From contig CAVRKE010000002.1 in the NCBI GenBank assembly GCA_963722305.1, positions 522,678-586,677 of the forward strand: a stretch of DNA of 64,000 nucleotides, read 5' to 3'. The DNA comes from Candidatus Levyibacteriota bacterium. Lineage in GTDB: Bacteria > Patescibacteriota > Microgenomatia > Levybacterales > UBA12049. A model generated the notes under the pieces. That model searched no databases. It saw nothing but the letters and a program-made list of their open reading frames with translations, and was not told the origin of the DNA. Position numbers and translations under genes: made by a program. Shown piece by piece: positions 26,789 to 36,492 of the stretch (position 1 is its first letter; each line of letters opens with the position of its first letter).

Positions 26789-27911
26789 ACAATAAAATAG
26801 CAAAAACCAACAGCGTAAAGAAATAGCTTTTATTTCTAAGTACCTGCGCTCCGTATAAAAACAACGGGAAAGAAATTGTTTGGTATCTGGTAAAAGACAT
26901 GGTGTCGGTGGTCAAAAGCGGGCCTAACCATAAAAGAAAGCTGATTAACCAAAGCTTGGGGTTAATTTTTTTCCGAGAGATAACCAGAAGAATTAAGGTG
27001 ATGATAATAATTAAAATGTCCAGTTGTGAATAGTGAAAAGAATGCATAGGCAGTGAAAAAAAACTAAGAACTAAGATTAAATTATGAATAATCGGTATCT
27101 GAATACCGCTCCAGGCATATCTGATAGCTATAAAATATAAAAAATTTCCGGTTTGTAAATAACAATAAATGGCCCAAAGCAAAAACGGCAAAAAAGAGAA
27201 AATTAAGTAGATAATTAGTTTGTTGATGTGGATTTGTTTTCTTCTCAGTCCTTGCCAAAGATAAAACAAAAAAAGCGGAAATAAAAACAACCCGGTAGCC
27301 CTGGTTACCATGAGAGCGGCTAACGTAATTGAAGTAATAAACCATTTGTTGGATAACAGTCCATAGCTAAACCAAACTAAAAAAAATAAAAATAGGCTTT
27401 CGCTAAAATAACTCCGGTAAAACAGGCTGAATGGAAACAAAAATAACAGAAAGATTGTTTTAAAAGCAATGCTCGAGGTATAAAATTTTTTAAGCACAAA
27501 ATAAAGACTGAAGAAATTAAGAATTAATAGAAGGTTTGTTAGCGCAAAGGCCGAAAGCTCAATATTGCGTATGGGCAAATTGACAATGGATAAGGTTAGT
27601 GGGTAAAACGGAAAGAAGGCATAAGATAATCCACCCATAAGATTTTTATTGGTTAGTGTTTCTGTAACCGGATTTTTGGGGTATCCCTTTTGGGCAATTT
27701 TTAAATACCATTGCGCATCATACTGGCCCAAAGCATTTAATAGGTTAAAGCTTTTTTTAGTAACTCTTTGGTCGGGAAGGTAATGGTGTGCGTTAGTAGA
27801 ATAATTATAGCTGTTAAAAGGAACTTTGGTATTAAAAAGAATGATAAAACAATAAAGAAGAAGGTTGATTATAAGAAAAAGGCTTAAGTTTAAACAAAAT
27901 TTCTTATTCAT
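26745..27911 (-). CDS. Polytopic integral membrane protein (possible GT-C mannosyltransferase-like)
   Basis: 388 aa, multi-TM. Convergent with the preceding gene and overlaps it by 44 bp at the 3' ends. Confidence 0.35.
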   Translation of the reverse strand: MNKKFCLNLSLFLIINLLLYCFIILFNTKVPFNSYNYSTNAHHYLPDQRVTKKSFNLLNALGQYDAQWYLKIAQKGYPKNPVTETLTNKNLMGGLSYAFFPFYPLTLSIVNLPIRNIELSAFALTNLLLILNFFSLYFVLKKFYTSSIAFKTIFLLFLFPFSLFYRSYFSESLFLFFLVWFSYGLLSNKWFITSITLAALMVTRATGLFLFPLFLFYLWQGLRRKQIHINKLIIYLIFSFLPFLLWAIYCYLQTGNFLYFIAIRYAWSGIQIPIIHNLILVLSFFSLPMHSFHYSQLDILIIIITLILLVISRKKINPKLWLISFLLWLGPLLTTDTMSFTRYQTISFPLFLYGAQVLRNKSYFFTLLVFAILLFIFSLFFVNWYWLG

Positions 27912-27922
27912 TATTGCATGGT

Positions 27923-29719
27923 TTATCGGCTGGCCCTTAGGGCGTTAATAATAACGGCTACATCAATGGCTTCCTGCAAAAATGCTCCGCCTAAAGGCGG
28001 AATAAAACCCAAAGAGGCAAACACCATACCTAAAATACTGATGCCGATCCCCACAAAAATACTTTGTTTGGCAATTGCAATCGTCCGCTTGGCAATATTT
28101 AAACTATCAATCACCAGGGAAAAATTGCCACCCAAGAAAACCATATCCGCCGCTTCGGAGGCGGCGGTTTGCTCTTCGTTACTAAACACCATGCCAACGT
28201 CAGCCAGCGCTAACGCCGGCGCGTCATTAATGCCGTCACCGACCATGGCCGTGACTTTGCCCTGCTTTTTCAGTTCCGCAATGCCTGCTTGTTTATCTTC
28301 GGGTTTGGCCTCGGCTTTAATCACAATATTGCCGCCAAGATCAGCAACCACTTTTTCGGCCGCTTCCTTTTTATCGCCGGTAAAAATAAATAAGTCAAAA
28401 CCGCGCTCCCTGAGGTCCTGAATAATCTTTTTCGATTCCTGTTTAATTTCGTCTTCAAATTGGAAAGTGGCCAACTGAGTTTTGTTCTCAAACACACCGA
28501 TCATCATTCCTTCTCGGCTTGGTAATTTGGAAAGCGTATAGGTTTTGTTGTTCACTTCGCCGGAAATACCCGAGCCGATCTTCTCTTCGATCTTGTCGGC
28601 GTGCCAAAGCGGCACTTTGTGTTCTTTGGCATACGTCACTACTGCCTTGGCCAGAGGATGCAAAGAGCTTCTTTCAATGCTTTGCGAAATTGCCAGAATT
28701 TCTTCATCAGAATATTGTTTGCTTAAATTTGTAAATGCGGAAACTTTCGGAATGCCCAATGTAATGGTGCCGGTTTTATCAAAAATTAAAGCCTGCGCTC
28801 TTGATAAAACTTCCAAAGCCGCCAGTTTTTTGACAATAATGTGTTTTTTGGAAGATAAATTCACTCCACCCAAAAGCGCAATCGGCGTAGCAATAATTAA
28901 CGGGCAGGGAGTGGCAATGGCTAAAACTGCCAAAGCGCGGATTAAATCAAAGCCGGAAAAAACATAAGCAAAAGCCGTAATTAAAAGCGTCACAATGGTA
29001 AAAACTCCGGAATATTTGTCGGCCAGGCGGACGAGTGGCGATTTTTCGTCCTGAGCCGATTTAACCATCTGAATGATTTTGTTGTAAGTGGAATCGCCGC
29101 TTTCTTTAGTGACTTTAACCACAATCGGCTGGCCGATGTTAATTGTTCCGCTTCTAATCGGATCGCCTTCAATCTTTTCCAGCGTGTAAGGCTCTCCGGT
29201 TAAAGAGGACTCGTCGGTTAAGCCATCCTCCGACACTAAAACTCCGTCAAGACCAATCACTTCGCCTTTGCGCACAAAAATCTGCTGGCCTTTTTTGACT
29301 TTTTCAATCTGCACTTTTTCGCCGATTTTAGCATTTGTCCAAAGAAAAACTTCATTGGGAATTCTTTCCGCCAGCTTGGTTAAAGATTTTTTCGCCTGCG
29401 AAACGCCGTAATCCTCAAGCGTCCGGCCGCTGGCAATCATCAAAGCTAAAATGGCGGCGACTAGATATTCCTGCGTGGCTAGCGAGACGATAATGGCTAA
29501 AATCGCAATATAATCCAGGGCAAAATTCTTTTTCAAAAGCGAAGTAGCGGTTTCGTAAAAAAGCCGGTAACTACCCAAAAGTGTGGCCAGAATTGCCACC
29601 ATTGCCGCAGTGGTATTCCACTGTAAAACCAGCAGAAGAAGATAGAGAATTATTAAAACGATGACAATTGCCGGAATGCGGAAAGTGTTCAAAAGTCCGA
29701 CTTTTTGCTTCATGCTCAT
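27923..29719 (-). CDS. P-type ATPase, P1B-like (heavy-metal/cation translocating), lacking N-terminal metal-binding domain
   Basis: Phosphorylation motif DKTGTITLG; hinge MVGDGINDAPALALADVG. TM6 reads …AIATPCPLIIATP (a TPC variant of the CPx motif). 598 aa. Confidence 0.7.
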   Translation of the reverse strand: MSMKQKVGLLNTFRIPAIVIVLIILYLLLLVLQWNTTAAMVAILATLLGSYRLFYETATSLLKKNFALDYIAILAIIVSLATQEYLVAAILALMIASGRTLEDYGVSQAKKSLTKLAERIPNEVFLWTNAKIGEKVQIEKVKKGQQIFVRKGEVIGLDGVLVSEDGLTDESSLTGEPYTLEKIEGDPIRSGTINIGQPIVVKVTKESGDSTYNKIIQMVKSAQDEKSPLVRLADKYSGVFTIVTLLITAFAYVFSGFDLIRALAVLAIATPCPLIIATPIALLGGVNLSSKKHIIVKKLAALEVLSRAQALIFDKTGTITLGIPKVSAFTNLSKQYSDEEILAISQSIERSSLHPLAKAVVTYAKEHKVPLWHADKIEEKIGSGISGEVNNKTYTLSKLPSREGMMIGVFENKTQLATFQFEDEIKQESKKIIQDLRERGFDLFIFTGDKKEAAEKVVADLGGNIVIKAEAKPEDKQAGIAELKKQGKVTAMVGDGINDAPALALADVGMVFSNEEQTAASEAADMVFLGGNFSLVIDSLNIAKRTIAIAKQSIFVGIGISILGMVFASLGFIPPLGGAFLQEAIDVAVIINALRASR

Positions 29720-29809
29720 TTGATTATAACAGTTGCAGCCTCAATTTGTAAGAATTCTGTAAAGTTAAAATGAAGCTAAATAAACCTAATTGGTTTACAA
29801 TTTTGCCAT

Positions 29810-31279
29810 ATGTCAGTAGAAGCATTAGGATCAATCGCAGTGGGAGTCGGCGAGGCAGTTTCAGCCGCTCCTGCGCTTGGCGCAGGAGCCGGCGGTGTTG
29901 CATCTTTGGCCGGTTCGGGCGTGGAAGCAAGTGGAGGATCTTTTGCAGCCGGTTTAAATGCGGCTAGTTTATTTTCGGAAACAGTTCCGTTTACTGCTTC
30001 GGTAGGAGCAGTTCCGGAGATGGCACCGGCAAATGCCGGTGACGTCTTTTCATCTTCTTGGCAGACGCTTGCGGAAGCGCCAAAGTCTTTATCAACAGTT
30101 GAACCGGTAGTAAAGCCGCCGGATGTTTTTAACGGCTTGGGTTTTGAGTCTTTTAGTGGGCATATCGCTTCTGTTCCGGAAAGGCCAATCGCAAATCCAA
30201 ATGAGATTTTCTCCCAGTCTTCTTGGATAACAATTGGAAAGGCCAAGGAGACAGCTGCCGGTCTGGTATCGGATGCTGCTCCCGAGCCGCCGGGCGCAGT
30301 GGAAAATACAAATGCTGAAAATCTTAATCTTAACATTGCCGCTATCCCGGAAACAGCGGAAGAGACTCAAATAAAGGAAGAGGAGTGGCTGACAATAGCG
30401 GAAAAACCTCAAGAAGCAGAGTTTTTACCGGGAGAAGTTTCAATTCAGCCGGAAGGGGCTGTTGCCCAAGGATTAAGCGACTTGCAGGCTGAAGGATTAC
30501 AGGTTTTGCTCGAAAGTGCAGTTGCCGGTGAAGCAGTTCAAGCTCAAGCAGCCGAAACGCTTGAGCAGAATAGGCTGGCGGAAAAAGTGGTTGGGCTGCT
30601 TGTCGAAACAGGCGTATCCGCAACTGAATCTGAGGCGAGAAAAAGAGTTGGGGCAATAGTTTTAGAACAGGGAGAGTTATCTGAAGATGCAGTCGGTAGG
30701 GTAAAAACAGAAATGGTGATGGCAACAGCACTAAAAACAGAAGCTAGAGTTCAGCCGATTACCGAGACCAATTCCGAAAGAGCAAAAATAGAAACTGAAG
30801 TAACCCAGGTTGGAATACAAACCGAAGACAAGCGGGAGAAACCAGAGCTGAAGAAGTTATCTGAGCAAGCGCCTGTTGTTGATGAGGTTGCCCAAGCTAA
30901 CAGAAAAAAAACAGCGGGTGAAATAATTTCCGCCCTTTTTGGCAGAGCAAGACGAGAGAGTGTGCAAAGAGTTGACAGTCAAGAAGTTGCAGACGGCTTA
31001 GAAAGAAAAAGCGAGAATAAAAGTTTCTTGTTGACCCAGTTGATGGTTCCGCATCTTCCCGATGGGTCTTTAGAGGAAGCGGCAGGGGCGGTAGAATCTT
31101 TAGGGGATTTACAAGCAGATTTTTCAAAAGAAAATGAAAACAGAATACTAAGTAGAGTTGATAAAATTCTGGACGAACACGTGCCGGTTAAAATTTCAGA
31201 TTCAACTGCAAAAAGGGTTTCAGTCAAAGAGGTTAAGGAAGTCCTCAAACACGCAATGGGAAATAACGTTTTAGTCTAG
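29810..31279 (+). CDS. Ala/Gly/Glu-rich hypothetical protein
   Basis: 489-aa ORF. The N-terminal ~100 aa are Ala/Gly/Ser-rich low complexity; the remainder is acidic. Overlapping antisense ORFs (29776..30336, 30342..30731) are attributed to codon periodicity. Start codon uncertain. Confidence 0.3.
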   Translation: MSVEALGSIAVGVGEAVSAAPALGAGAGGVASLAGSGVEASGGSFAAGLNAASLFSETVPFTASVGAVPEMAPANAGDVFSSSWQTLAEAPKSLSTVEPVVKPPDVFNGLGFESFSGHIASVPERPIANPNEIFSQSSWITIGKAKETAAGLVSDAAPEPPGAVENTNAENLNLNIAAIPETAEETQIKEEEWLTIAEKPQEAEFLPGEVSIQPEGAVAQGLSDLQAEGLQVLLESAVAGEAVQAQAAETLEQNRLAEKVVGLLVETGVSATESEARKRVGAIVLEQGELSEDAVGRVKTEMVMATALKTEARVQPITETNSERAKIETEVTQVGIQTEDKREKPELKKLSEQAPVVDEVAQANRKKTAGEIISALFGRARRESVQRVDSQEVADGLERKSENKSFLLTQLMVPHLPDGSLEEAAGAVESLGDLQADFSKENENRILSRVDKILDEHVPVKISDSTAKRVSVKEVKEVLKHAMGNNVLV

Positions 31280-31298
31280 GTCGGAGCCAAGTCTGACT

Positions 31299-31390
31299 TG
31301 GCGGAGGAGGTGAGATTCGAACTCACGCGAGCTTATTCAGCTCAGGGGGTTAGCAACCCCCCGCAATGGACCAAGCTATGCGACTCCTCC
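31299..31390 (-). tRNA. tRNA-Ser (anticodon GCU), CCA encoded
   Basis: Reverse complement GGAGGAG…; anticodon stem GGGGG/CCCCC with loop UUGCUAA (anticodon GCU); long variable arm GAGCUGAAUAAGCUC; T-arm GUGAGUUCGAAUCUCAC; …CUCCUCC-G-CCA. Confidence 0.8.
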
Positions 31391-31526
31391 TCGTCGCATC
31401 TCAACTTCGCGTTTTCATCCTCACTTCGTTCGGAATTCAACTTTTTGTTGGATGCTCCTCTTAAAATTCCTTACGGAATTTTAGAATGTATAAGTGATTA
31501 TATCACGGGAAGAAGTTATTTTATAC

Positions 31527-32180
31527 CTACCTGGCTGTCCTTTTGGCTTCCAAATATTTTTTGCCGTGGCCGACATTGGTGTTAATCGGAACGCCCTTTT
31601 TACAAAGCGGGCATTCTTTCTCGTCAAAAGCTTCAGCCTTTAAAATGCCCAAGGCCGTAAATGGGCCACCGACAGTCTTACTCGTCACATTTTTTGGATC
31701 GCGGTTAACCATCACGCAAACAGCTGCCACTTTGCCGCCCGCTTTCTTGACTGCATCGACCACTTTTTTTACCGATATGCCGGTGGTGGTCAAATCTTCA
31801 ATCACCAAAACCTTTTTACCTTTCAGGAATTTATCGTAACCGCGTCTGAAAATCTGTTCGCTTTCTATGGCCGACGCCGTAGTCCCTTTATCCTTTTCCG
31901 TATAAACGGCCATTATTTCCTTTTTTTTCAATTTCGACAAATAATATGCAGTCCACTGGCAAAGGATAGTTCCGCCAACTGCCGGTGCTGCGACTATATC
32001 GATATCTCTGTCTTTGAATTTTTCGGCAAACATTTTGCCAACTTGTGCAGTTTCTTTAGTGTGCGGATACAAAGCATCCTTGTTGATATACACGCTACCG
32101 TGCTTGCCGGAAGTGTAAACAAAATGTCCGTCGGTTAAAACCGCCCCAACTTTTTTAAGAATCGAAATTACATCGCTCAT
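31527..32180 (-). CDS. pyrE: Orotate phosphoribosyltransferase (type I PRTase)
   Basis: PRPP-binding motif VLVIEDLTTTGISV. About 217 aa. Translationally coupled (ATGA overlap) to pyrF upstream. Confidence 0.55.
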   Translation of the reverse strand: MSDVISILKKVGAVLTDGHFVYTSGKHGSVYINKDALYPHTKETAQVGKMFAEKFKDRDIDIVAAPAVGGTILCQWTAYYLSKLKKKEIMAVYTEKDKGTTASAIESEQIFRRGYDKFLKGKKVLVIEDLTTTGISVKKVVDAVKKAGGKVAAVCVMVNRDPKNVTSKTVGGPFTALGILKAEAFDEKECPLCKKGVPINTNVGHGKKYLEAKRTAR

Positions 32181-33010
32181 TTTACCCCTTTCCGGACAGC
32201 ATTAATGCTCTCTCTTAATTTTTCCGCTTCGAGCCTCGCTTTTTGGGCAAAATCTTCACCGCTCGAAGCAAAAATAATACTTCGGGAGGCATTAATAACA
32301 AATCCTTCGCCAGTTTTATCCATGGCGTATTGGACTGATTTTTCCAAGTCTCCGCCTTGGGCGCCAACACCGGGAATAAGCAGTAGGACATTGGGAGCAA
32401 TCTTTCTGACGGTTTTTATTTCATGAGCGTAAGTTGCGCCAACCACCAACCCGCAATTGTGGTTTTTGTTCCAAACAGTAGCCACGCGTTTGGCGACCAC
32501 TTGATAAAGCGGTTTGCCGTTAACCATTAAGTCCTGAAATTCGCCGGCGCCCGGATTGGAAGTGCGGCATAAGATGTAGCAACCCTTATCGGCTCTTTTT
32601 AAAAACGGCTCTAGCGCTTCATGGCCAAGGTAGGGATGTAAAGTAATTGCGTCTGCGCCTAAATATTCAAAAGTGAATTTATCGTAGCGGTCGTTGCTCT
32701 CGCCGATATCCGCCCGTTTGACGTCTAAAATAATTGGGATTTTCGGATATTTTTCTTTGAGGTAATCACAGGTCATTTTCAGCTGCAAAATCCCGTATTC
32801 ACCCTGGACTTCATAAAAAGCGCTATTTGGTTTATAACAGGCAACCAAGTCATGGGTGGCGTCGATAATGGCTTTATTAAATGCAAATTGCGGATAGCGG
32901 TTTTCCAGTAAAAATTTCGGGAGTTTATTAAAATTACTGTCCAAACCAACGCACACCAGGGAATCATTCTTTTTAATGATGGCAGATAATTTTTGGTTAT
33001 AGGTCAGCAT
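32177..33010 (-). CDS. pyrF: Orotidine-5'-phosphate decarboxylase (type 2-like)
   Basis: 277 aa. N-terminal …LVCVGLDSN… and …ILDVKRADIG… motifs typical of OMP decarboxylase. Sits between pyrD and pyrE. Confidence 0.6.
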   Translation of the reverse strand: MLTYNQKLSAIIKKNDSLVCVGLDSNFNKLPKFLLENRYPQFAFNKAIIDATHDLVACYKPNSAFYEVQGEYGILQLKMTCDYLKEKYPKIPIILDVKRADIGESNDRYDKFTFEYLGADAITLHPYLGHEALEPFLKRADKGCYILCRTSNPGAGEFQDLMVNGKPLYQVVAKRVATVWNKNHNCGLVVGATYAHEIKTVRKIAPNVLLLIPGVGAQGGDLEKSVQYAMDKTGEGFVINASRSIIFASSGEDFAQKARLEAEKLRESINAVRKGVK

Positions 33011-33012
33011 AA

Positions 33013-33972
33013 TTAGTGCGCCACGCCGACAATTTCCTGTAAACTCTTAATCTTTTCCTTGGCCATATACTCCCTAAGTCCGGTTTTGATTTCTGCAAAA
33101 ACGCCCAGCCCTTTAAAATAAATTGCACTGCCTACTCCGACCAAGGTGGCACCGGCCATCATCATTTCGACCGTATCCTGCCAAGTGGTGACGCCACCCA
33201 TGCCGATAATCGGGATTTTCACCGCATCATAAATATTGTAAATAGCATTTAAAGCCAGCGGAAAAACCGCCGGGCCGGATAAGCCTCCGAATTTTGCGCC
33301 AAGCGTCGGTTTTCTGGTGCGGATATCGATTAACATACTGGGGCTATAAGTGTTAACAGCTACAATGGCATCGGCGCCAGCCTGTTCACAACCCTTAGCA
33401 ACGTCGGCAATATTCGGAACATTTGGAGTCAATTTTGCCAGCACTGGTGTTTTGCCCATAATCTTTTTAACCGCTTTTACTGCGGCGGACGCCGAAGCGC
33501 AGCCTACTCCTAAAGCTTTGCCCATATCGTCTTCGACATTCGGGCAGCTTAAATTAAGCTCAAATAACGGTGGATTAAGCGGTGCAAATTCATGGGCGAA
33601 CTTTTCAAAATCTTTAACGCGGGTGGCAAAAACGCTGACAATAACCGGAACAGGTGAAGTTTTAAGAAAATCTTTAATCAGTTTTTTGCCCTCCGTCATT
33701 CCAGGTCCTTTAAGCCCGACAGAATTAAGAAATCCATGATCGTATTTGACTACTCTGGGAATTGGATTTCCTTCGCGGGGCTTAGGCGTTAGGGATTTGG
33801 TGGTAATTCCTCCGACTCCGGCTTTAATCATGACTTCATGGTCTTTGGGAATTTGCTGGGCAATACCTGATGGAAGAACAATAGGATTAGGAAAAGTAAC
33901 GGAGCAGAATTTAACCGATAGACTATCCTTAGCCATTTGCGTAATATTACACCATTTTTCCACCTTCGGCAA
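33013..33972 (-). CDS. pyrD: Dihydroorotate dehydrogenase (class 1 catalytic subunit-like)
   Basis: 319 aa. Motifs …NPIVLPSGIA…, …GGITTKSLT…, …NLSCPNV…, …IGMGGV… characteristic of the DHOD TIM-barrel. Confidence 0.65.
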   Translation of the reverse strand: MPKVEKWCNITQMAKDSLSVKFCSVTFPNPIVLPSGIAQQIPKDHEVMIKAGVGGITTKSLTPKPREGNPIPRVVKYDHGFLNSVGLKGPGMTEGKKLIKDFLKTSPVPVIVSVFATRVKDFEKFAHEFAPLNPPLFELNLSCPNVEDDMGKALGVGCASASAAVKAVKKIMGKTPVLAKLTPNVPNIADVAKGCEQAGADAIVAVNTYSPSMLIDIRTRKPTLGAKFGGLSGPAVFPLALNAIYNIYDAVKIPIIGMGGVTTWQDTVEMMMAGATLVGVGSAIYFKGLGVFAEIKTGLREYMAKEKIKSLQEIVGVAH

Positions 33973-33984
33973 GAGTCTTGTTGT

Positions 33985-34782
33985 TTAAGACAAATGTCTA
34001 TTTAACAAAAGGTACATGATGTAGGCGCTGATGACAGAAATTATAAATGAAGTAAGAGTGCCAATTATTAAACCAGAATGCGGATATAGAATCCCCACGC
34101 TAATCGCGTAAGTTGAGCAAGTAACTGGCGCACTCACCATAATAGTCTTCATTACTGCAGCGGAAAAGTTCTTTCCGTGAGCAAGGTAGGTAATAATCAT
34201 GGTTGAGAGCATAATTGCGGGAAAAGATGCAAAAGCCCCGCCTAGAATTGGTCCGCCTAATTTAGTCATAACTACCGCAACGCAGACAATCGTTCCGCTT
34301 AAAATTGCCCTAAACATTAGTTGCGGGAGAGTTCTTTTTATCTTTTGCTGTCCGGAAGAAGTAATTTTTAATATTTTTTCTACCAAAACATAAGATATTA
34401 TTACTAATAATCCACAGCCTAATAATGAGAGTGGAAGATTATTGAAGTTAATAGCCACAAGACCTAGTGCCAGAATAAACCAACTAATTAATGCGGTAAT
34501 AAGGGACGAAATGAAATTAAAGCGCAAAAATAAAATGTAAATCGCCACAAATAAAGCGTCAATACCTGACACGATTGGAACAATATTGGTTGCTTCAGCA
34601 GCAATTGTTGTAGATTGTGTCCAGGCGATAAAAAATAAAGTAATGACAATTGTAGATGGAATTCCAATGATGATTCCACCTATTTTGGAACCAAATTTTT
34701 CTGCCAGTAAAGTTGCTGTAGTAATCCAAGTTGCACCAACAAAAAAAGCGATGATTAGCTTAAGATAAAGAATATCAATCAT
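33985..34782 (-). CDS. Hypothetical polytopic membrane protein
   Basis: 265 aa with ~8 hydrophobic helices. Sits between pyrC and pyrD. Confidence 0.4.
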   Translation of the reverse strand: MIDILYLKLIIAFFVGATWITTATLLAEKFGSKIGGIIIGIPSTIVITLFFIAWTQSTTIAAEATNIVPIVSGIDALFVAIYILFLRFNFISSLITALISWFILALGLVAINFNNLPLSLLGCGLLVIISYVLVEKILKITSSGQQKIKRTLPQLMFRAILSGTIVCVAVVMTKLGGPILGGAFASFPAIMLSTMIITYLAHGKNFSAAVMKTIMVSAPVTCSTYAISVGILYPHSGLIIGTLTSFIISVISAYIMYLLLNRHLS

Positions 34783-35821
34783 GATTAATAAAATTTCCGT
34801 TAGCTACAAGAGGTTTGTTATTTAAAACCACTGTTTGAACTCTGCCGTAAGCTGTCCAACCATCAAACGGTGACCAGCCGCATTTTGTTTGGTAACCGTT
34901 TGTGCCGATGACATATGATTCTTCCGGGTCGAGTTCGACAAAAGTATCAACTTGTTCGGGCAGGTTAAAGATTCGGCGCGGCGCGTCGTAAAGCAAGCGC
35001 ACAACGTCCGCTTTAGTCAATTTTCCTTCATGCGCAGCCTTAAACATTAAACCAAGGGTGGTTTCTAAATTCGGAACGCCAAAAGGCGGCTTGTCGCTTA
35101 ACTTTTCTTCTTTGGTGTGCGGGGCGTGGTCGCTTTCGACAATGTCGATTGTGCCATCCGTTAGTCCCTGCCAAAGTGCTTCTTGGTCAGCTTTCGTACC
35201 AAGTGGAGGTTTCATCATTGCAAACGGTCCTAATGCTTCAACATCCTTATCGATTAGGAATAGATGGTGGGGGGTTGCTCCAGCGGTTACCGGTAACCCT
35301 TGTTTTTTAGCTTGCCTTACCATTGCGACTTCTTCCGCCTTAGAAATGTGGCAAATATGTAGTCTGCGTTTGTGTTTTTCGGCCAAAGCAATTGCTAGCT
35401 TGGCTTTTTCCATTTCCGCATGAACTAAAATTGGTTTTTCAGATTGCCAAGCCATAAAAATTTGTTCAATAACTTCTGGATCTTCAATCAGTAAATCTCC
35501 GGTGGTCTGGTTTAAGTAAACTTTTAAACCGAAAACCCGCGGATGGGAATAGGCGGCAGAAAATTGGTCAAGATTTTTGCCATTGGTGCCGAAATGAAAT
35601 CCGACTGTGCAAATTGCTTTCTTATCAGCTAGTCTAATTTTTTCTTCCAAAGCTCCCAAAGTAAAAGTAGGAGGTTTATTGTTAGGCATGTCTAAAACAA
35701 AAGTAAATCCGCCGGCCACCGCCGCACGGCTTCCGGTCAAGAAATCCTCTTTGTGGGTAGCGCCTGGTTCTCTTAAGTGAACATGGACATCAATAAAGCC
35801 GGGATATCTTTTTAAGGCCAT
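34775..35821 (-). CDS. pyrC: Dihydroorotase (amidohydrolase superfamily)
   Basis: N-terminal metal-binding motif GFIDVHVHLREPG; the rest of the fold is consistent with cyclic amidohydrolases. Confidence 0.6.
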   Translation of the reverse strand: MALKRYPGFIDVHVHLREPGATHKEDFLTGSRAAVAGGFTFVLDMPNNKPPTFTLGALEEKIRLADKKAICTVGFHFGTNGKNLDQFSAAYSHPRVFGLKVYLNQTTGDLLIEDPEVIEQIFMAWQSEKPILVHAEMEKAKLAIALAEKHKRRLHICHISKAEEVAMVRQAKKQGLPVTAGATPHHLFLIDKDVEALGPFAMMKPPLGTKADQEALWQGLTDGTIDIVESDHAPHTKEEKLSDKPPFGVPNLETTLGLMFKAAHEGKLTKADVVRLLYDAPRRIFNLPEQVDTFVELDPEESYVIGTNGYQTKCGWSPFDGWTAYGRVQTVVLNNKPLVANGNFINHD

Positions 35822-35862
35822 AACTCAAACAGAGTATAGCACGGAGGGGGAAATTTTCAAAC

Positions 35863-36492
35863 TTAAACTTGGTAGGAGTAGATTTTGGCGGGAGTATATT
35901 CGTAAGAGCACATTTCCTCGTTGGTAAGATGCTCAAAATACTTTCGCATTGGCCTTAAAGCGTTAGCGGAGGTGGAGATAAGCACCACGTCGTCAGGTTT
36001 TAGGGTTGGTAAAACGTCATTTAAAAAAGCCATTACCCTGACTTCAACGTCTTTAATGCATTCTCCTCCGGGCGGAGGGACGTCATAAGAACGGTGCCAG
36101 AGCTTGAACTGCACGGGATTTTCTCTTTCTACTTCATCTTTGTTTTTGCCGGTTAAATTGCCGTAATCGCGTTCTTTGATCCTTGGATCGGTAATAATTT
36201 CCACCCCCTGATGGTAACCGTTTAAAACCAGCTGCAGTGTATGCTGTGAGCGGATTAAATCGGATTGGTACGCTTTAGTAACTTTTTCATCTTTCAGTTC
36301 CTCACCCATTTTTTTGGCCTCTTCAATGCCCGCGGGAGTTAAATCGGATTGCCGAAAGCCGGAAAAAGTGTGGGATAAATTGTCTTCGGTTTGTCCGTGA
36401 CGGAAAATAAATAATTTCGCCATAGAATCATTATAATACAAATTGATGGGATTTTTAGACTTGGTTTTTCCGAAAAAATGCGTGGTGTGCAA
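35863..36492 (-). CDS. Histidine phosphatase (phosphoglycerate-mutase-like) family protein
   Basis: RHG motif LFIFRHGQTEDN near the N-terminus. Confidence 0.6.
   Translation of the reverse strand: MHTTHFFGKTKSKNPINLYYNDSMAKLFIFRHGQTEDNLSHTFSGFRQSDLTPAGIEEAKKMGEELKDEKVTKAYQSDLIRSQHTLQLVLNGYHQGVEIITDPRIKERDYGNLTGKNKDEVERENPVQFKLWHRSYDVPPPGGECIKDVEVRVMAFLNDVLPTLKPDDVVLISTSANALRPMRKYFEHLTNEEMCSYEYTPAKIYSYQV

Noticed and set aside
29776-30731. Minus-strand ORFs (186, 106, 129 aa) antisense to 29810..31279
   Set aside because: Ala/Pro/Ser low-complexity translations of the antisense of a GCN-rich gene. Treated as artefacts, although the coding strand of this region is itself only moderately certain.
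31298-31585. 95-aa + ORF beginning inside tRNA-Ser(GCU)
   Set aside because: It starts within the tRNA gene and overlaps the pyrE 3' end. No features.
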